Shown: one piece after another, positions 40,795 through 50,500 of the stretch | Position numbering within the stretch: position 1 is the first letter of the stretch | Layout of the letters: every line of letters begins with the position of its first letter | Source of the DNA: an uncultured Clostridia bacterium | GTDB taxonomy: Bacteria > Bacillota > Clostridia > Christensenellales > UBA1242 | Length of the DNA: 58,563 nucleotides | NCBI GenBank assembly: GCA_944381105.1 | Contig: CALWJU010000010.1 | Location: 1-58,563 of the forward strand | Reading direction: 5' to 3' | Position numbers and translations under genes: made by a program | Notes under the pieces: generated by a model | What the model saw: only the letters and a program-made list of their open reading frames with translations | What the model was told of the DNA's origin: nothing | The model's database searches: none

Positions 40795-41122
40795 AAACTC
40801 CCCCTTTAAAATAATCTTCTCAAAAAGTCAAGACGCCAGGTCTTTATCTTAAAAGAATAAAAATCGTTTAGTCCTAGTTACTATTTTAACAAATCTAGTT
40901 ATTTTCAAAAAGAGAAGAATTGTCGCATTTTCCCTATATTTGTCTTTTTTGGACAGATTTCCAAGCCATGTTTAAACTTTCGTAATTTCTCATATATAAT
41001 CCAAGAATACAAATCTTTTTAAAATTTTGAGAACTATACTCTCATATTTTTTGATTAAGAAAAATATTTATAAAAAAATCAACCTAATAAAAAATGGTTG
41101 ATTTAATTATTATTTTACATTA

Positions 41123-41248
41123 TCGGATGTCGAACTTGCTTGCGAGAGTGAGACTGATAGGTTTTCTTGCTGTATGATGACACAATTTATTGTATCTATG
41201 TGCTACCAAAACTTAAAATTTAACTTGTTTAATTTCTATCATCTCATG
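41123..41248 (+). repeat. Leader plus degenerate subfamily-B element B1
   Basis: TCGGA..AACTTGCTTG..GTGAGACTGATAGGTTTT leader, then ACACAAT-tt-ATTGT..CAAAACTTAAAATTTAACTTGTTTAA shared with B2. Confidence 0.8.
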
Positions 41249-41268
41249 GTTTTATTGTTAGAAACCAA

Positions 41269-41446
41269 GTCAAGCAAGGCGAGGTGGTATTTAAGTGAGA
41301 CTGATAAGGTTTTCTTGCTATGTGATGAGTGTGCAAAGCACACAAATTCGCAAGAATTTAATAAAATTTTATTGCTATAAAATTTTATTATCACATAGCA
41401 AGAAGACCTATCAGTTGCTATCAAATATGGCTTCGCCTTGCTTGAC
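41269..41446 (+). repeat. Four-way-junction element A4 with long outer inverted arms (MITE-like)
   Basis: GTCAAGCAAGGCGA...ACTGATAAGGTTTTCTTGCTATGTGAT [core] ATCACATAGCAAGAAGACCTATCAGT...TCGCCTTGCTTGAC. Confidence 0.9.
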
Positions 41447-41483
41447 GACAACTATCGAAAATATATCAACTTTGTATTATGTT

Positions 41484-42488
41484 TTATGTGTTTTCATAGA
41501 TTTTTTCCAGCAAGTCTTGGTCATCAAGGAGTTTACCAGCACCTAGTATAGTTACGTTCTCTCCGTCCTCAACAATCTTAAATGGATAACGGAAATTGCG
41601 TTTAAGATAGTTTTCAAGTCCTGATATCTTGCTCATTCCACCTACAAACTGAACACCATTATTGATTATATCGGTGGTTATTTCAGGAGAAAGTGAGGTT
41701 ATTGTAACGTCTATACTACGTATAATTTCGTCAAAAAATGGTTCTAACACTGTCAAAAGGTCGCTTGATGAGATTATGTACGAACGAGGAACTTTACTCT
41801 CAATATCCACGCCTGTTACTTCCATATTGAGTGTATCGTTTGGATAGAGACTGCCGACTTCATTTTTAAGTTTTTCACTCGCCCCTATTCCTATCACAAG
41901 TCCATGATTGTAGGCTATTTGATTGGAGATTGCCACGTCAACGGCACGTCCGCCCAAGCCGATTGTAGCACCTTTGATGATTGAGTTCATATTGATAACG
42001 GCAATATCAGTATTCGCACCGCCAATATTTACAATCATATTTGCCTTTGTAGAACTGACGTTCTTGCCTATTCCTATCATGGAGCAGAAAACTGCTGGAA
42101 TAAGCACCACCTCTTTAAAACCTATTTCGTACATGAGGGAGAGAAGTGTTTCTTTATCTTTGTCTGCAAGTCCGCAATTTACAAGAACTAAGGCAGAGTC
42201 TCTTTTCTTTTTAAAGTCCAATTTTTCTAGGAAATAATTCATCAAAGCCTTTGTATATTCATAGTTTTTTATCTGTCCATTAGATATAGGGCTGAAAACC
42301 TCGACACTGTCGCTTGTCTTTCCCATCATCTTTTTTGCCTCCTCACCTAATCCAACGATTTGGTAACCCTGAGGTGTAGGTTCGGCAGAGACCAAAGTCG
42401 GCTCGCAAAGTGCATAGCCATTATCTCTTACATATATTCTTGTGAACGAGCCACCTATTTCAATGGCGTATTTATATTTCCCTAACAT
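41484..42488 (-). CDS. Divergent MreB/Mbl-family actin homologue
   Basis: EPT, GEEAKKMMGKT, PISNGQI, NIGGANTDIAVI, SEKLK, GGMS; AGGAGG RBS before ATG at 42488. Confidence 0.85.
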   Translation of the reverse strand: MLGKYKYAIEIGGSFTRIYVRDNGYALCEPTLVSAEPTPQGYQIVGLGEEAKKMMGKTSDSVEVFSPISNGQIKNYEYTKALMNYFLEKLDFKKKRDSALVLVNCGLADKDKETLLSLMYEIGFKEVVLIPAVFCSMIGIGKNVSSTKANMIVNIGGANTDIAVINMNSIIKGATIGLGGRAVDVAISNQIAYNHGLVIGIGASEKLKNEVGSLYPNDTLNMEVTGVDIESKVPRSYIISSSDLLTVLEPFFDEIIRSIDVTITSLSPEITTDIINNGVQFVGGMSKISGLENYLKRNFRYPFKIVEDGENVTILGAGKLLDDQDLLEKIYENT

Positions 42489-42747
42489 TCTCCCCTCCTT
42501 GCCTAATTTTTGCATTATTGTAGCACCTATTTTTGACTAATTTCTCTAAAAATTTTATTTACATCATTCTTATTATTTAAATTTATATCTTGCTTTTTTG
42601 AATTTATTTTTGACTTAATTTTTATCTTGTTTGAATTGTAGGTACATTTTGACTTAAACTAACATCTGTTTTTCCATCCTTATTTAAGTCAAAAATTGTC
42701 GTAGAACTAAATTATAGTGCCTTATATAAACTCTGGCTAACATTATT

Positions 42748-42831
42748 CAAACTGTGATGGCACAATTTATTGTGCTTTTGCGTAAGCAAAACTTAAAATT
42801 TAACTTGTTTAAATTTTAAAATCACAGTTTG
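42748..42831 (+). repeat. Four-way-junction element B2
   Basis: CAAACTGTGAT / GCACAAT-tt-ATTGTGC / TTTTGC-gtaa-GCAAAA / TTAAAATTTA..TAAATTTTAA / ATCACAGTTTG. Confidence 0.95.
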
Positions 42832-42859
42832 TAAGAGATAATTTTTAAAACCATCTGAT

Positions 42860-44233
42860 TTAAAACTCAATTGTTACAGACGAATTCACATAACCACTTA
42901 GGAAATTTATCTCTAAACTATCACCCTCTTGCACCTTTAAAAGAATATAGGCAAGGTCATTTCTATTTTCAATAATTGACAACTGCCCATTAAGAGAAAC
43001 GCTGTTAATAACAGTATCTTTTACAAGTAAACTCAAATCACTATACAAATTTTCGTTATCAAGCACATATAGACCACTACCTTTATAAGAAAAGGCTCGT
43101 GAATATGAGGTTGCATTATAATTTTCGCCGTCAAAAGTATAGTACTGATATTGTCCGATTGCATTGAGAGCCTCTTCGAACTCCTCTCTTAGATAACTCG
43201 CATATGCTATCTCATTGCTATCTATTGCCTTTATACTTAACTCATCAAGTGTATAGATAGCAAAGTTTGTTGAGTTTTCATTATTTGAAATTACCCTATC
43301 AAGAACTTGCATAATAGGATAGATAGGCACAACACCATTCATTTGATTTCCGTTTGTACTTGTATAAGAGGTGCTTGCAGTGGCTAGCCCTATCAAGTTG
43401 CCCTCCTTATCAAACACTCCGCCACCCGAATTACCTGGCGAAATGCCTAGGCTGACATCAATAACATCCTCATATACATTGTTTAATGTTGCGACAGGAT
43501 AGTATTCCACCCCCTCTTCGAGTAGATTTGCGTCGGTTAAATATTTAAGTTCTCCACCATCTTCACTATCAAAATAGTAGTAATATGAGTTTGTTGTTGC
43601 TATTGTCAAATCATTATCACTGGCGACATTGCCGAAAGTTACTCTATTAAGGTACTGCAAACTAAGTGGAGTCCCTATTGTGAATATCTCTTCAATGTCG
43701 AGTTTATCCTCCCCCTCAATTGAGCGGTCAGACATTCTCACATAGTTCATTGAAAGTCCTTCGCAATAGAGCAAAGCAACATCAAAATCTTGACTTGCCC
43801 ATAGAACCTCACAAGAGAATTGTCTTTCATCTTCTGTAATTACATTGACAGAAACGTTACTATAAGACTCATCATATATAAAGTCAATAACATGGTAGTT
43901 TGTAGCGATATAGCATCCACCATTTACCTGTCCCTCTTCTCCGCCAGCAACATAGGTATATCCATTTGAGGCAACAACTACTCCACTGCCGAGGCTTGAA
44001 TAACTTACCATTTCCTCGCTATTGACGCCATTTACACGGACAGCAACTGCGACGTTGTCTCTATATAATTGAGATATATCCCATATGGACATATCATCTG
44101 TAATCCTATCATTTATACAATAGGAGTTTGAGTAAGTCCTATTGCTAGGCAAAATAACCCCTGTTACTAACAAAGACACTAGTAACACAAACACAAGAGT
44201 AGAAAATACCGATATATACACTTTTTTATTCAA
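42860..44233 (-). CDS. Membrane-anchored trypsin-like (HtrA/S1C-type) serine protease
   Basis: GSG, TNYHV, DVALL, GNSGGG catalytic triad; N-terminal TM; degenerate PDZ-like tail; TTG start. Confidence 0.85.
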   Translation of the reverse strand: MNKKVYISVFSTLVFVLLVSLLVTGVILPSNRTYSNSYCINDRITDDMSIWDISQLYRDNVAVAVRVNGVNSEEMVSYSSLGSGVVVASNGYTYVAGGEEGQVNGGCYIATNYHVIDFIYDESYSNVSVNVITEDERQFSCEVLWASQDFDVALLYCEGLSMNYVRMSDRSIEGEDKLDIEEIFTIGTPLSLQYLNRVTFGNVASDNDLTIATTNSYYYYFDSEDGGELKYLTDANLLEEGVEYYPVATLNNVYEDVIDVSLGISPGNSGGGVFDKEGNLIGLATASTSYTSTNGNQMNGVVPIYPIMQVLDRVISNNENSTNFAIYTLDELSIKAIDSNEIAYASYLREEFEEALNAIGQYQYYTFDGENYNATSYSRAFSYKGSGLYVLDNENLYSDLSLLVKDTVINSVSLNGQLSIIENRNDLAYILLKVQEGDSLEINFLSGYVNSSVTIEF

Positions 44234-44347
44234 AATTTTGCCTTCTTTTTAATATTTTATCTTTTATGTCTTTATTGCATTTTCGTTTTGTCAAGGTTGT
44301 TATGATTTCTAAATTTGCTGTCATTGTTTAAAATTTTTGACTTTTTA

Positions 44348-45832
44348 CTAAATTATCTGTAAACTCTTTTTATAGACCTTTTTATAATCATGAGCAACTT
44401 TCATACCCTCAATTATCTCAAATGAGGCATCCTTTTCGGCTACCGTTTTCATGATGATAGAGTCGCCTAAAATATCGCATACAATATCTTGTATAATAGG
44501 TTTTCTTGATGCGTTAAGTGCAACTGCAAGTTTAACAATTATTCCAAGTTTTCTCACTGCTTCAAGGTCCTCTTCTGTCAAAATATCCTTGTACTTTATC
44601 CAGTCATTGAGCGAAAAGTCATCAAGATTTTGACAAATACAAATAAATCCAGCAATCAATAGTTCTCGGTGCGACACACCTACAATATCTGAGTATACGA
44701 TTTTATCAAAACCATATTTTGCATAGTTTTCACTATTTATGCACTTTCCGCAGTCAAACATATATGAGGCAATACGCAGAGGTTTAACGTAGAACCTTGG
44801 CAGTTTGTGCATTACCTTCAATTGTTTAAATAATATTGTCGCCATATTGTATACTTGTGGATTGATTGAAAATTCGTCGTTATTGAACTCTAAATAACTT
44901 TCAAGTGAGTTTGTAAGCAAATCATTAAATTTCTCTTGACTTGCACTCAATACATTGACCTGCAACAATCCTCCTCTTAGTGAGGCTGTTGACACTGCAA
45001 GTTCTTTTAACCCTAGTTCCTCAAATATAGCCTTTATGATAGCAAAACCTGCTGTTATTTTTTCAGCGTCATCATAGTCAATGCCCTTTATCTTTCTAAT
45101 TTTGTCAAGTTCGAGTCCCTCAACAAATTTGAAAGTACTATCCATCGCCTCTTTCGTCAAGATGTAGTTATTGTCGATATTGAGAGAGTACTTTTGTATC
45201 TTCTTCGCAATTCTTCCCATGGAGATAAAGGCATCACCCATGCCGACAATTTTTAAATCTTCTTCAAGGTTTGTTAAAAAGCCCTCTTTTTTGATGGTCT
45301 TTCTTATCTCTTTAACTACGCTATCAAGACCTTTTCCATTGACATCTAATGTAAAAGTTCCCACATTGTAAACAAGGCTACCCAGAATTGCCCGTCTATT
45401 GTACTTTACAATATAGGTCTTATATGAACCCACGTATACAAACATTCCCTTGGCACTATCAATGCTGTTTACCACAGAGTTAAAGAGATATTTTATATAG
45501 TCCTCATCACTTACAACAACAAAGTTTAGTCCTGTATTGTTGTAAATCTCGTCCAAAAATCCCCTATAATTTCTTGCTTTATAGATAACGCTTGAACATG
45601 CCGATATAATTTTGCTAACACCATGGTCCTCTATCATCTGCCTATACACTTTTAAAAATTCAATCAGTTGATTTTTGGTGGCAGGAGATAAAAGTTCATT
45701 CTTTGCAAGTTCATCCCCCAAAGGATAACTTTGATTTTTAACAAGTGCTATCATACTTTTTCCATTGCTAACCTTATATATTGTAAGTTTTAAGGTTTTC
45801 TCATTAAGTTCAATTATTGCTATCTTTTCCAT
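44348..45832 (-). CDS. Ppx/GppA-family protein with degenerate catalytic motifs
   Basis: Ppx-like layout (ARNY..EIYNNTG, KIKGI, SLRGG, HRELL); start 45832 or 45838. Confidence 0.75.
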   Translation of the reverse strand: MEKIAIIELNEKTLKLTIYKVSNGKSMIALVKNQSYPLGDELAKNELLSPATKNQLIEFLKVYRQMIEDHGVSKIISACSSVIYKARNYRGFLDEIYNNTGLNFVVVSDEDYIKYLFNSVVNSIDSAKGMFVYVGSYKTYIVKYNRRAILGSLVYNVGTFTLDVNGKGLDSVVKEIRKTIKKEGFLTNLEEDLKIVGMGDAFISMGRIAKKIQKYSLNIDNNYILTKEAMDSTFKFVEGLELDKIRKIKGIDYDDAEKITAGFAIIKAIFEELGLKELAVSTASLRGGLLQVNVLSASQEKFNDLLTNSLESYLEFNNDEFSINPQVYNMATILFKQLKVMHKLPRFYVKPLRIASYMFDCGKCINSENYAKYGFDKIVYSDIVGVSHRELLIAGFICICQNLDDFSLNDWIKYKDILTEEDLEAVRKLGIIVKLAVALNASRKPIIQDIVCDILGDSIIMKTVAEKDASFEIIEGMKVAHDYKKVYKKSLQII

Positions 45833-46007
45833 TATCACTCCTACTTAAATCTATTGCTTCAACTGGACAACTTGCCTGACAAGAACCACATCTGATACAT
45901 TTTGTCTTGTCTATCTTTGCCTGTCCATTTTCATCAAAACTTATAGCACCAACAGGACAAATAGCCACGCAAGTCCCACATCCTATACATTTTGTTTTGT
46001 CTACCAT
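45810..46007 (-). CDS. 2[4Fe-4S] ferredoxin
   Basis: CIGCGTCVAICP and CIRCGSCQASCP; GGAGG RBS before ATG at 46007. Confidence 0.92.
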   Translation of the reverse strand: MVDKTKCIGCGTCVAICPVGAISFDENGQAKIDKTKCIRCGSCQASCPVEAIDLSRSDNGKDSNN

Positions 46008-46059
46008 CTTTTGTTCCTCCATTACACCTAATTTTAGCATATTTTTCGACGTTTGTAAA

Positions 46060-46428
46060 CTATTTTTTTATTACTTTTATAAGTTCGATAATAGAAAGAA
46101 GGGATAAAAACACTCCATAGATAGTTCGAAGCACCCCAGCCTGCAAAATTCCAGCAAGAAAAGAGCCAAACACTGAAAAAACAACACCGCTTAAAATGAT
46201 ATAGATTATTCCCCTTGTATTAATGTAACCATTCTTGTAATGGATGATAAGAGCAAAGAGAGACATGACAAGAAAGGAGACAAGATTTATCCCCTGACTG
46301 AGTTTTTGGTCAAAGCCTAAAAATATGGTGAGCAATGGTATTAGCACAGTTCCGCCACCCATACCTAGTCCGCCAAATATACCTGCTAGCAAACCGCAAA
46401 CTATGTAAAGAAAAATTGTTAAAGCCAT
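46060..46428 (-). CDS. Half-size TauE/SafE (TSUP) membrane protein
   Basis: GGLGMGGGTVLIP, QGINL. Confidence 0.85.
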   Translation of the reverse strand: MALTIFLYIVCGLLAGIFGGLGMGGGTVLIPLLTIFLGFDQKLSQGINLVSFLVMSLFALIIHYKNGYINTRGIIYIILSGVVFSVFGSFLAGILQAGVLRTIYGVFLSLLSIIELIKVIKK

Positions 46429-46476
46429 ATCTCCTCCATTTAATTTTTATTTATCTAAAAGTTAAAAGTTTTATTT

Positions 46477-46650
46477 TTTTCGACATTTACGTGATATTTT
46501 CGACGTTTGCATTTTTTGAATTTAATTTTCGACGTTTATTTGATTTTTTCGACATTTACAAGAGATTTTCGTCATTTATATGTTTTTTTCGACAATTGCA
46601 AGAGATTTTCGACATTTATATGTTTTTTTCGACAATTGCAAGAGATTATC
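46477..46650. repeat. Array of eight TTTTCG(A/T)C motifs, mostly phased at 20 bp
   Basis: Motif starts at 46477, 46497, 46526, 46546, 46566, 46586, 46606, 46626; a 40-bp higher-order unit occurs twice. Confidence 0.9.
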
Positions 46651-46682
46651 ATCCTTTTAAAAATAAAATCCTATTTTTTTTG

Positions 46683-46764
46683 GCTATGTGATGCGTGCGT
46701 AAAACGCACAAATTCGCAAGAATTTATAAAATTTTACCAAAGTAAAATTTTAGCATCACATAGC
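46683..46764 (+). repeat. Four-way-junction element A5
   Basis: GCTATGTGATGC / GTGCGT-aaa-ACGCAC / AAATTC-gcaa-GAATTT / TAAAATTTTAC-caaa-GTAAAATTTTA / GCATCACATAGC. Confidence 0.95.
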
Positions 46765-46869
46765 GTTTTAATAATCACAACATTTTAAGATAATTTAACG
46801 TTTACGACATTATTTTTAAGTTTTTTTAATGTTTTTTCTGCGTTTTCACCTATTTTCATATAAATTTTT

Positions 46870-47403
46870 TCAAATTATCATCTTTATACCACCAGCAAGC
46901 ATGATAAGAGCAAAGATAATTCTGACCGCTTTGGGAGGTAAAAATTTTAATGCAAATGCTCCTATCACTCCGCCAACCACTACGCCTATTCCCACCGTCA
47001 AGAGAGGAAGAGAGTCAACAAAACCATTTATTACATAAATTGAGGCGGATATTAGAGATAGCGGAAATATAACTGCAATAGCGGTTGCATGCGAGGTTTT
47101 AGCGTCAAGCGATAACGATTTTTGGAGTAATGGCACACATATCATTCCACCGCCACCACCAAAAAATCCATTCAAAAAACCTATTAAACTACCACACAGC
47201 AAGAGGACAAACTTATTCAACTTTTTTGTCTCTTTTTGACCTGTTTTGCTATCTTTTGTCGAAAAGTTATCCTTATCTCTTTGCTCTCCATTTTTCGACA
47301 TTCTTTGCAGACAAAACAAGGTCTTGCCTAACATAATTTTAGTCCTTTTTACACATTTTAGGTTTGTAAGGCGTTGCTTTATAATAATTCTCTTCTTTTT
47401 CAT
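46870..47403 (-). CDS. Half-size TauE/SafE (TSUP) membrane protein; true start probably further downstream
   Basis: NGFFGGGGGMICVP, HATAIAVIFP. Confidence 0.82.
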   Translation of the reverse strand: MKKKRIIIKQRLTNLKCVKRTKIMLGKTLFCLQRMSKNGEQRDKDNFSTKDSKTGQKETKKLNKFVLLLCGSLIGFLNGFFGGGGGMICVPLLQKSLSLDAKTSHATAIAVIFPLSLISASIYVINGFVDSLPLLTVGIGVVVGGVIGAFALKFLPPKAVRIIFALIMLAGGIKMII

Positions 47404-47509
47404 ACATTTATTATGAATAAATATGGTAAAAATATTTGATTAATCAAGATAAATGTTGTATAATATCTAGGTATTAAACTTACTTAATCTTATATTATAA
47501 AGGTGGATT

Positions 47510-50500
47510 ATGCTAAAAACTAGAAAAAGTAAATCAAATTTATTAAAATTATGTGTGGCGTTTCTTTTCCCATTCACCCTTTTTGGTGGGCTTATGACAA
47601 CTCAGTTTGCTCATGCTGACGGAGAGAACTATGCCTACTACTATCAAGAGAATGTCTCTGTAACCAACGGCGACTTTACCTCTGGCTCGGTGCTTTCATC
47701 TGGCGATAACCTTTCTGGCTGGACTGTTACTGATGAGACTTCTTCCTCTAATGCGACAGGCATGTTTGTCGATACAGGTACAGGCAGTAGTACAAGTGAT
47801 GATGAGTCAAATGCTACCTTCTCTGAAAATCAAGAGAGATATTTGCTAAACGAAAATCCTGGTGCTAACCTAGGCGACGATAGCAGAATTTTGATGATTA
47901 ACTCAAAGTCTAACTCAAATTCTACAAATGTTAGTGCATCAAAGGGATATTATTCAGACTCCATTTCTTTGGAGGCTAACTCATTCTATAAATTCACAAT
48001 TGCTGTAAGAACTATGACTAATGGCGATAGCAAACCTGTCAGTGCCTCTATTTATGTAGATGGTCTTACCGACAGTGAGGGCGAGGAAGTTAAGGCAGGA
48101 ATTGAGGACATTACCTCGCAGGTTTGGCATGAGTACTTTATCTACATTGCAACAGGTGCGTCTAGTCAAGAGGTCAACATTCAGTTATATCTCGGCGGTG
48201 ATGACGGAGTGGTAAGTTCTGGTGCAGTTTTCTTTGACAGCGTCAGCGGTGTTCGTCTATCTGAAAACGCTTTCTTTGAAGAGTGCTACTCATCTAACGC
48301 TGGCTATCAAGGTCAAGACAGGCTTATAGCAAGTGGAGAAGAAAGGTGCTTTGTTATAGACAGTTTAGTGGACAACTCCTCCCTTATCGACACCAGCGCA
48401 GGACAAAATTTCGACTTTGAATTTAAAGATGTAAATGACGATGCAAATTCACTAAATACTCTTGGCAACTACTGGTCTATTTTAGAGGCTCACGACGGAC
48501 ATGCTTACATTGAAAATATTCGTGATATGCAACCTACCTATTTTAAAAATACCTATGGTTATGAGTATGTCGGCGACGATTTAACCTATAACAACAAAAA
48601 CGCTATGATACTTACCACATTAGGCGAAAGCGGTTATGTTGGAGTGCAGTCGAGTGAATTTGAGATAAAAGCACACACCGTTTATAAGATTTCTTTCAAT
48701 ATCAAAGTGGCTGGAATAGAAAGCGGTTCTTTCTATTTCAAAGTTCAAGAAAATGATACCATTTACTCACTTTATAGCGACATTTTGACAGATGACGAAG
48801 AGGATACAACAAAGGACTACCTCGCTTTGCAAGACGGGCAGACAAGCAGTATCTCCTCTAACAGTGAAAACGCTCCTATGAATGACTATCAAACTGTTGA
48901 AATGTATGTTAAAGGACATTCACTCTATGACACTTCTGTAAATTTCCAGTTATGGCTTGGCGATAGCGAGACCTCGGCAAATGGTACTGTTGTAATTGAC
49001 AATATAACTGTTGAATATGCAAGTGATGAAGAGTTCTCTTCCGCTTCAAACTCGGTAGAATTTACTTCATTTAGTTCTGACCCTGCTACAATTCCAAACT
49101 CATATTTTAACTCCACTGAGGCTGATGGTCCTGGCTCTTATCCTATCTCTGCAACCGACTGGACAAGTGAGATAGAAAGTGAAGATTATAATACCTCTGG
49201 TGTCGTTTACCTTTATGACCTTGCTCACTACAATGAAAACTACTTAGGTAAATATGACTGGGCAGGAATTTATCCTGGACAGATACGAAATGATATAAAT
49301 GGTGTAGTTCTTCCTAACAATGTGTACATGATGTACAACTCGGTAAACTCATACCAGTCTCTTACCTCATCAACATACACCCTCGACAATGATTCCTACT
49401 ATAAGTTGTCATTTAACTACTACAATGAAAACAGAGGTTCACTTAACGCCTCTAAAATCAAGGTTGAGGTCGTTGACGAAAATGGTATTGTTTTGTTCTC
49501 GCAAGACAACATCTCCTCTCGTGATAATTGGAACACTATGAACATCTTCTTCCACACTGCCGAACTTGTTTCGCATAATATTCAAGTTGTAATCCATTTC
49601 GGAGAGGATGACCCAGACAAGAAAGTTGGCGGTATTGTATACCTCGACAATTTCGTGGTTGAAGAGTCTAATGAGACTGAATTTAATGCCTATACGTCTA
49701 TATATAAGGCTGACCTTACAAATTATTTCTTAAATCTCACAGAAAATGGAGAGGTTTCAAGTACTATTACTACAACATCTGCCTATGACTTTGCGGTTGA
49801 ACCTATCTACGACCTTGCTGGCGAAGAGGAGTTCGACTTCGCAAATGGTGGCATAATAAGTGGCAACAACAACCCTTATGGCAACGAGTTTGTAATTAAC
49901 GATTCCAACTATCTTGCCATTCAGACCTTCCTTGCATCTCGTGCAAGTTTGACCTCTGCCTACACTATTAGCATGGATGCTGACGGATACTACAAACTCA
50001 CCTTTGACCTTGCTACTATCTTCGGTGAAAGTGCCTTAAATGCTAGCACTGATGAGCATGACTGTCAGTATGGTGTTACAATCACAGTTGACGGATTTGA
50101 GCCTATCACTGAAATTGTTACAGGCGGAGATCTTAAATCATACACTATATACTTTAACGCTAGTGAAGCAGTTGCTCCTACAATATCCTTTACTTTGGTA
50201 AGTGATTGCCATGAGACTATCGGTACTGCCCTAATCACCCACCTTGATTTTAACTCTGTAACTGAGAGCGAGTACAACAACGCAGTCCTTTCTAGCAACT
50301 ATGGTTCTACCGTCTTTACCTCTGCTCAAAATGCAACTGAGAGCGACGAAGATACCGACACTGACGAGGATACCGACGAGGACACTAGCACCGATGATAC
50401 AACTGAGCCTGAGGCTACTTCTCCATGGCTACTTGTATCCTCTCTTATCTTTGCAGTTGCAATCATAATTGCTATAATCGGCTTTGCTCTTAGACATGTT

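Noticed and set aside
46477-46650. Possible CRISPR array (also 29907-30020)
   Set aside because: Units are too short or lack unique spacers, and no cas genes are present.
11391-46788. Short ORFs sharing peptides such as CDECAKHTNSQEF and VMSAKSTRIRKNLIKFY (11391, 41174, 41295, 46507)
   Set aside because: They are translations of the palindromic element. Reading frames differ between copies, indels are not in multiples of three, and there are no RBSs.
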